IMG/VR virus record: IMGVR_UViG_3300042894_008159 | Coordinates: 1 to 64,000 of that record | From: an uncultured virus (IMG/VR IMGVR_UViG_3300042894_008159) | Lineage: Duplodnaviria; Heunggongvirae; Uroviricota; Caudoviricetes | Reading direction: 5' to 3' (one strand) | DNA length: 64,000 nucleotides | Shown: positions 58,604-64,000 of the stretch, one piece after another | Layout of the letters: every line of letters starts with the position of its first letter | Numbering within the stretch: the stretch's first letter is position 1 | Position numbers and translations under genes: made by a program | Notes under the pieces: model-generated | What the model was told of the DNA's origin: nothing | The model's database searches: none | What the model saw: only the letters and a program-made list of their open reading frames with translations

Positions 58604-59140
58604 TTAAATCAAATGAATTAAATTCTTTGTGGTCATATGGGTAAAGTCATTAGTAAGTTTCACAACTTCTAAATCAGGCTGAAGAAATTGAACAGCAGAA
58701 ATTATATTTAAAAGAGTTTCTTTTTCCTCTGCAGACCCCTCTCGAAAATCCCATTGGTCTTTAGTTCTGGATTCTGGGTTTGTGCCTTCAACTAGAACTA
58801 TCTTTAGGTTTACCAAAAGTCCTTTATCCCTCAAAAGATTAAGTTGTTGTGAAGCTTCCTGCTGAGTGATTCTTTTGCTGATAATCCCCCAGGTTAAAAC
58901 AGTGAGAAATCCCCGATCCAAGATAAAATGAGGCAGGAGTCCATCTCTATTGAGCTGAAGTAGCATGGCCTCTTTTCCTAATGCAAAATAATGTGTCTTT
59001 GGATCTTCGTCTGGAATCATCAATCCAGAAAACCATCCAGCAAATTCAAATTTGTAAATTTGCATTCCCGTTTGCTGGGAGTATTTGTTCGCCAGAAAAG
59101 TTTTACCAGAATTTCTTGCTCCTTCAAAAATTGTGATCAT
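58604..59140 (-). CDS. Nucleoside monophosphate kinase (thymidylate/dNMP kinase-like)
   Basis: IFEGARNSGKT P-loop and ILDRG. Confidence 0.75.
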   Translation of the reverse strand: MITIFEGARNSGKTFLANKYSQQTGMQIYKFEFAGWFSGLMIPDEDPKTHYFALGKEAMLLQLNRDGLLPHFILDRGFLTVLTWGIISKRITQQEASQQLNLLRDKGLLVNLKIVLVEGTNPESRTKDQWDFREGSAEEKETLLNIISAVQFLQPDLEVVKLTNDFTHMTTKNLIHLI

Positions 59141-59158
59141 GTGAATTTAATTAAAACA

Positions 59159-59166
59159 CAAAGATA
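59159..59166 (-). promoter_or_regulatory. Bacteroidota-type -7 box TATCTTTG
   Basis: TAnnTTTG about 19 nt upstream of kinase ATG 59140. Confidence 0.5.
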
Positions 59167-59248
59167 ATGTTTCGAAAAAAATTCACACTTTAGAATAGAT
59201 TGTAAAACTGATGGTGTATTCAATTGATATAATCTTATTTCTATAAAT

Positions 59249-59605
59249 TTATTGATAAGTTTTTATAGAATTAATTGAATTCAATTTCTTTTCATTATTA
59301 CCTAGTTTCTTCCAAATTTTTCTGAACTTATGATTCCTTTTCAAAAAATTGGCTCTTTCTTTATCCCCTCGTAAACTTTCGAATTTTCTGAATTCATTTG
59401 GGAATTGACTATGAAAAACGGCCAAACTTGAATTTAAGGGATAAAAAAGAGAATCTCTGCTTAGAATTTTTGCTTGATCTAAAGCTGGTTGAATTATCTC
59501 TTGGTTTACTAAATCTTTCGAATATTTTGGATCAATTGGTTTTATATCCAATTCTTTCCGGCAAGAAACAAAAGTAAGTAGAATGAGAAAAAGTATTTTA
59601 TTCAT
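59249..59605 (-). CDS. Lipoprotein
   Basis: MNKILFLILLTFVS-C signal peptide II. Confidence 0.75.
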   Translation of the reverse strand: MNKILFLILLTFVSCRKELDIKPIDPKYSKDLVNQEIIQPALDQAKILSRDSLFYPLNSSLAVFHSQFPNEFRKFESLRGDKERANFLKRNHKFRKIWKKLGNNEKKLNSINSIKTYQ

Positions 59606-59647
59606 GATTGGGGCTAAAAATAAGAATGAAACATCAAATTTTTAACA

Positions 59648-62107
59648 TCAATCTAAATTAACCACAAACACATTCTTAGAGTCGAATGTTTTAATGTCTT
59701 CCTTCTTCTTGTAATTCATTCTATCTGCATGTCTTTCGACTAAAGGAACAAGAACTTTAGAGGCTCTTTCTAAATTTTCTTTGAAGATTTTTTTGGAGTT
59801 ACCATCATATCCCTTAGTCAATATCTCTATTCCTTGTTTATTCAATGATGGGATTGGCGATTTGGGATCATTTTCTACCACTTTAACATCCGAGATTTTC
59901 TTTAAAACACCCTCTGTCAATACCTTATTCTTCAAAATATTCAAAGCTGAATCCCATTTTTTCTTTTCAGAATTCCAAGCTATGGAAGATCCACAAAGGA
60001 ATACACAGATCGAAAGCATCAAAAAATCATAGAATCCTAAATCTGGCTCTTCATCATCTATTTGTGCAGCAGTTGAAGCAGCCTCTAAGATTTTTGCCAT
60101 GGCTTCAGAAGTCAAATATCCCTGTTTAAAGTATTCATATGAATCTGAATCCGGTGAAGATTTACCTGCCTTAATTGCATCTTTTATGTCATCATAAAAA
60201 CTAGCACAATCGTTGAAAGAATCAGCCAATTTTGGATTAACCATAGAGGAGTTTTTTGGATTTGAATAGAAGTCAAGTAGTTCTTTAATTACCTTTTCTT
60301 TTTGAATGTCTTCTAAACCACCAAACCCTGTGTAGTAGCTCGTGTACCATCTTGCGAAAGAATCTTTTTCTTGTGAAGTTTCCCCTCCTGAAAATTCCTT
60401 CCATTTTTCCCAATTATATGGTTTTTTGTAATTACCTGCCAATCTTTTAGTTGAATAAAGAGCACCCGTTTTTTCATCAGGCTCTTGGAACCAAAAGAAG
60501 CCAGGTTTATCAGATGAGCTAGAGTTTTCTTCTAGTGTACTAATCCACGCACTCACGAATTCATTCGGATAAGAACTCTTAAGTGTTCCATCTTCTTTCA
60601 AAAAATCCTCCTCTTCTGCATTTTTGTTGTAACCGTTTCTTAACAGCTTTGATAATTTTTTTGCTAATTTAGAATCTTCTGATGTTTTCTCTTCTTTATC
60701 TTTTGCAGAACTATTTTCGGGCATATTAGCCAAATCTGCTGAATTTTTTTGGATTTCTCTTTCTAGATCATCATCATCGATAAAAATGGCTTCAAATAAT
60801 TTTGAGAAATTCTCTATTCCTAAAACCTTGGATTCTGACATAGCATATGTTTTTTTCAAAACACCCAAAGCATTTGTTAACATTTTTTTGTTTTCGCCGG
60901 AGATTTGCTCCATTTTCAGGAGAGAATCGAAAAGGGGTTTATCCAATTCACCATTTGCGTTTTTATTTCCAAGTAAAGATTGGATAGACTTGATTGCAAT
61001 TGATGTTGCTTTACCGTATTTACCATCCGCCCCTCCATGTTTTTGTAAGAAAGTTTTAAAAGAGGGGAAAGATGACATTAAAGATTTCTGTACAGCAGTG
61101 ATAATACCAGACTTTTTAAATTTCAGGTCTGTGTCCTTTGCTCCAATTTTTATCGGGAAAATTTTTTGAATCACCTTCTGCTCCATCTCATCCATTTCTT
61201 CCCTGATAGTTTTATCTATCAATAACTCTTGACCATTTGCTTTTGCTATAATGTCCAAAGCATCGGTAATAATTTGATTCACATCTGAATATTTTGTCAC
61301 AAGTTCATCGTCATCAATGATCTTTTTCATACTCATCTCTGCAGTTCTAATCTTGTAATTGTAATATTCTTCGGAAAGAGAATCTGTTTGTTTTTCTAGT
61401 TCAGACAAAGTTTTTCTGTCTTTCTCGCCAGTTAAATCTTTGGAGTCTTCAATGGCTTCTAATTTTTGTTCCAGTGAAGAAAACAGTCTTTGCCAGTCTC
61501 TCCCATATCCATTTTTTGCATCCTTTCCTTTGGAATCAGAAATCAAATTAACAAGTTTTTTTCTTAGTTTTTCGATTCTACCGCTAAACCCTACGAGAGA
61601 CTCGTTCAAAGAATTTGAATTAAAATCAAAACTTGAAGATTCATTAGTCGCTTTCTTTTTTGAAAAACTTAATGCAATAGAATCCAAAGAGGAAATTAAT
61701 CGATTAGCTGAAGTTTTGTAAGAATCAATAATAGAATCCTCTAATTTAGAATCAATTTCAACCAATCTTTTCAATGCATCACCCATAGAATTTAAGGCAT
61801 TCATATACATATTTTTAACCTTAGAAAATCTAGAATCTGCCAATTCAGACTCCCCTGCATAATCTTTGATTTTGGCAACTAAGCTTTTGACAGTTTTGGC
61901 GGATGCAATATCCAACAACATGGATCTTAAAACATCAGGGTTGCGATTTTCTTGAGAGGCAAGATCAAAAACAATTTTTTTGAATGTATCTAAGCAAATC
62001 TCTGTTGCTCTTTTAAGAAGATTGTCCACCGAGGCATTTTCATTAAGCTTCATAAAATCTGTAATAATAGATTTTGCAGCAGGGTTGTGAGTGAAATAAT
62101 TTCTCAT
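59648..62107 (-). CDS. Putative head-internal/ejection protein with coiled coils and a peptidoglycan-binding-like domain
   Basis: LNE/TNE motifs; AVQKSL...GADGKYGKATSIAIKSIQ...NGEL resembles PG_binding_1. Confidence 0.65.
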   Translation of the reverse strand: MRNYFTHNPAAKSIITDFMKLNENASVDNLLKRATEICLDTFKKIVFDLASQENRNPDVLRSMLLDIASAKTVKSLVAKIKDYAGESELADSRFSKVKNMYMNALNSMGDALKRLVEIDSKLEDSIIDSYKTSANRLISSLDSIALSFSKKKATNESSSFDFNSNSLNESLVGFSGRIEKLRKKLVNLISDSKGKDAKNGYGRDWQRLFSSLEQKLEAIEDSKDLTGEKDRKTLSELEKQTDSLSEEYYNYKIRTAEMSMKKIIDDDELVTKYSDVNQIITDALDIIAKANGQELLIDKTIREEMDEMEQKVIQKIFPIKIGAKDTDLKFKKSGIITAVQKSLMSSFPSFKTFLQKHGGADGKYGKATSIAIKSIQSLLGNKNANGELDKPLFDSLLKMEQISGENKKMLTNALGVLKKTYAMSESKVLGIENFSKLFEAIFIDDDDLEREIQKNSADLANMPENSSAKDKEEKTSEDSKLAKKLSKLLRNGYNKNAEEEDFLKEDGTLKSSYPNEFVSAWISTLEENSSSSDKPGFFWFQEPDEKTGALYSTKRLAGNYKKPYNWEKWKEFSGGETSQEKDSFARWYTSYYTGFGGLEDIQKEKVIKELLDFYSNPKNSSMVNPKLADSFNDCASFYDDIKDAIKAGKSSPDSDSYEYFKQGYLTSEAMAKILEAASTAAQIDDEEPDLGFYDFLMLSICVFLCGSSIAWNSEKKKWDSALNILKNKVLTEGVLKKISDVKVVENDPKSPIPSLNKQGIEILTKGYDGNSKKIFKENLERASKVLVPLVERHADRMNYKKKEDIKTFDSKNVFVVNLD

Positions 62108-62109
62108 CT

Positions 62110-62379
62110 TTAGTATATGTTTGTTTTATCTCCAGATTTTTCTTTAGCTTCCATTGATGTTGCCAGTTTATTCAGCATAGCAGGTAATGCAGCATATAGA
62201 GTCGCTTGTTTTTTTAAACTGGCAGTTTTTTGAGCTACCTCTGATTGATTCTTTTCATTTTGGATTTCGTCCCTAATGGCTTGCAATTGATCATTCACCG
62301 CCTTCTTAGCATTTACTAAATCTGAATTAACATCCTCGTTCAAAGGGAAATCCCCAAGATTTAAAATAATTTTAGTCAT
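62110..62379 (-). CDS. Small coiled-coil putative head-internal protein
   Basis: LNLGDFPLNED motif. Confidence 0.7.
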   Translation of the reverse strand: MTKIILNLGDFPLNEDVNSDLVNAKKAVNDQLQAIRDEIQNEKNQSEVAQKTASLKKQATLYAALPAMLNKLATSMEAKEKSGDKTNIY

Positions 62380-63280
62380 ATCTTCTGGCTATTGTTATTT
62401 TCGTTCTGACGTCACCTATTTTGTCGGTATGCTTTGTTTTCAAGTCTCTAATTTCTCTTTTAAGCTGAGCATCGCTCATACCAATTTTAGCCGCGTCTGC
62501 TTCTAATCTTTCCACATCTAGATCTCTAATAGCACACATTTCATTTTTAACCCGTGTCAATTCTCTTATTAGATCTTTTGTGTTTTCTTTACCTAATTCT
62601 TGTGCGTATTTTTCAAATTCAGTTCCAGAATAACCCAAAATTTTATTGAGAGTAGATTTGGCAATTTTAGAAGGACCGTAATTTTTAGACATTTTTACAG
62701 AAGAAGACTTAACGAATTCTTCGGTTGGCAATTTCATCTCGCCATATTTTTTTCTGAAATCCTCATCTTTTTCTTTGGCAATCAAAGCAGCCTTTTTGTA
62801 CTTATCATATAGTTCTTCTCCTAGATCTGTGTTGGTAAGTTTTTTTGCCACATCATATAAGCGTTCAGCAATTTCTTTTTCTGCCCTGCTTTTCTTCAAA
62901 TTCCAATAAGAGACTAATTTAGAATTTTTTTCCACAATTTTTCTAACCTTTTCCTCTATATCAGAAATAGATGAATTTTTCTTAACTAACATAGACTGAA
63001 GTAGTTTTTCGTTCCTATCAATCATACGATCCAACTTTCTAGATTCCGCTGGATCGTTTGTAATTTGGGCCTTTTGTACCTGAAGAGCATCTATCTCGGT
63101 AGCAATTTTATCCCATTCTTTTGTGTAATCTTCTTCTATTTGGATAATGTCTTCCAAATATGAATCAATCTTACTTGTTTTTCCACCAAAAAAGTTTCCA
63201 AACCAATTTAAAATATCTTTCATTGAGTTTCCTTCATTCAATGAATTGTGAAGGTCCCATTGTTTAAAATTATAAACCAT
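62372..63280 (-). CDS. Coiled-coil putative head-internal protein (paralogue of 63295..63876)
   Basis: YNFKQW...LNEG; SKIDSYLEDIIQIEED resembles KTINYIVDNILEYEKD in its neighbour. Confidence 0.7.
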   Translation of the reverse strand: MVYNFKQWDLHNSLNEGNSMKDILNWFGNFFGGKTSKIDSYLEDIIQIEEDYTKEWDKIATEIDALQVQKAQITNDPAESRKLDRMIDRNEKLLQSMLVKKNSSISDIEEKVRKIVEKNSKLVSYWNLKKSRAEKEIAERLYDVAKKLTNTDLGEELYDKYKKAALIAKEKDEDFRKKYGEMKLPTEEFVKSSSVKMSKNYGPSKIAKSTLNKILGYSGTEFEKYAQELGKENTKDLIRELTRVKNEMCAIRDLDVERLEADAAKIGMSDAQLKREIRDLKTKHTDKIGDVRTKITIARRYD

Positions 63281-63294
63281 ATTTTGTGTTTATT

Positions 63295-63876
63295 TTAAGG
63301 GGTAGTCAATTTATTTATCATTTCCTGTGCTTCTTTCTTTGCCTGATCTAAAGCATCTTTTAGATTTTCAATTTCTGAAGCTTCTGCAGAAATTTTTTTA
63401 GCCAAATCATATTCAAATTCAGCTAAATCAATTTCTAACTCAGCCATTTTTGCTTTTATAACTTCTTTTAAACGTGGAGATTTCGCTCCCTCTTTTCTTA
63501 ATAATTCTTTCGCTTTTTCAATTGCTGTAGATTTTGATTTAACCATAGCTTTATATTCATTTTTCTTCGCTTCAATTTGTTCTTTGATTGATTCGACTGC
63601 ATCTTGATTGATTGGTGTTCTATCACGAATACCTTTCAACTTAAGATCCATATTACGCAAAGTTTTTTTCAAATCATATTTTGCTTGAAGCAAATCTTTT
63701 TCATATTCCAAAATATTATCTACTATATAATTAATTGTTTTGGTCTTAGAATAAGGCATTATTGAATCTATTGCATTTGCTAAAGAATCCATAAACCCTT
63801 CTTTGAGGTGAGAATCGTTGGATTTTGAGCCAAATTGTAAATCTATATAGGAATTAAAATCCTTTACTTTTGACAT
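63295..63876 (-). CDS. Coiled-coil putative head-internal protein
   Basis: Likely start MSKVKDFNSY at 63876; HLKEGFMD. Confidence 0.7.
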   Translation of the reverse strand: MSKVKDFNSYIDLQFGSKSNDSHLKEGFMDSLANAIDSIMPYSKTKTINYIVDNILEYEKDLLQAKYDLKKTLRNMDLKLKGIRDRTPINQDAVESIKEQIEAKKNEYKAMVKSKSTAIEKAKELLRKEGAKSPRLKEVIKAKMAELEIDLAEFEYDLAKKISAEASEIENLKDALDQAKKEAQEMINKLTTP

Positions 63877-63897
63877 GACTTGGGTTTTATTTTTATC

Positions 63898-63905
63898 TAT
63901 ATATC
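63898..63905 (-). promoter_or_regulatory. Putative late promoter GATATATA
   Basis: About 22 nt upstream of ATG 63876, just after a terminator. Confidence 0.7.
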
Positions 63906-63919
63906 TTTTCTTCACAAAC

Positions 63920-63947
63920 AAAAAACCCCAGACCGAAGCCTGGGGTT
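63920..63947 (-). terminator. Rho-independent terminator with a C(UUCG)G loop
   Basis: The minus strand reads ACCCCAGGC-TTCG-GTCTGGGG followed by T6. Confidence 0.9.
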
Positions 63948-63968
63948 CTTGTTGTTATCTGGTTAGGA

Positions 63969-64000
63969 TTAAACCAGACCGCCAGTAGGCAGGTTAACAT
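63969..64000 (-). CDS. 3' end of an upstream gene (...VNLPTGGLV*), possibly the major capsid protein
   Basis: Open frame ending in TAA at 63969, followed by a strong UUCG terminator. Identity is inferred from context only. Confidence 0.35.
   Translation of the reverse strand, partial: VNLPTGGLV

Noticed and set aside
12750..62812. Many short plus-strand or alternate-frame ORFs of 60-130 aa
   Set aside because: They are nested in or antisense to well-supported genes and have no motifs.
23873..63921. Longer starts in the ORF track (23918, 24832, 41258, 54109, 54536, 63921)
   Set aside because: They overlap neighbouring genes, promoter boxes or terminators, or fit the box spacing poorly. Downstream ATGs fit better.
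1..64000. tRNA, rRNA or large ncRNA genes
   Set aside because: Intergenic gaps are at most about 110 nt and are explained by promoters and terminators. No cloverleaf or rRNA signatures were recognised by eye.

Overview
The window is a 64 kb segment of an AT-rich jumbo (huge) phage with a T4-like contractile tail, most likely infecting Bacteroidota. The host evidence is: no Shine-Dalgarno sites, A-rich leaders, TAnnTTTG host-type promoter boxes, a lipoprotein and Reg_prop-like propeller repeats. Almost all genes lie on the minus strand. Reading right to left, the window holds: the 3' tip of an upstream gene with a strong terminator; Lys/Glu-rich proteins carrying T4-like capsid-targeting/prohead-protease motifs; an enzyme cluster (dNMP kinase, AsnB-like amidotransferase, GT25-like glycosyltransferase, Nudix); the baseplate hub/spike module; a bS1 ribosomal-protein homologue, an amidoligase and a neck gene in one operon; a KYG-repeat PD-(D/E)XK endonuclease; wedge genes; phoH; large fibre and baseplate proteins; a spanin-like protein; a tube-terminator-like gene; and a giant Pro-free (Gly-Ser/Thr-X)n fibre gene that the ORF track missed because it runs off the left edge. 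The most notable signals are (1) a G-x-T-G micro-motif scattered through outer virion proteins, together with the giant Gly/Ser/Thr fibre and a phage glycosyltransferase, suggesting a virion glycosylation system; (2) a two-class promoter code, with RATATATA late boxes about 20-30 nt upstream of structural genes and host-type TAnnTTTG boxes upstream of enzymes; and (3) late-expressed bS1 coupled to an atypical amidoligase. All product calls come from motif recognition and synteny, not database searches.
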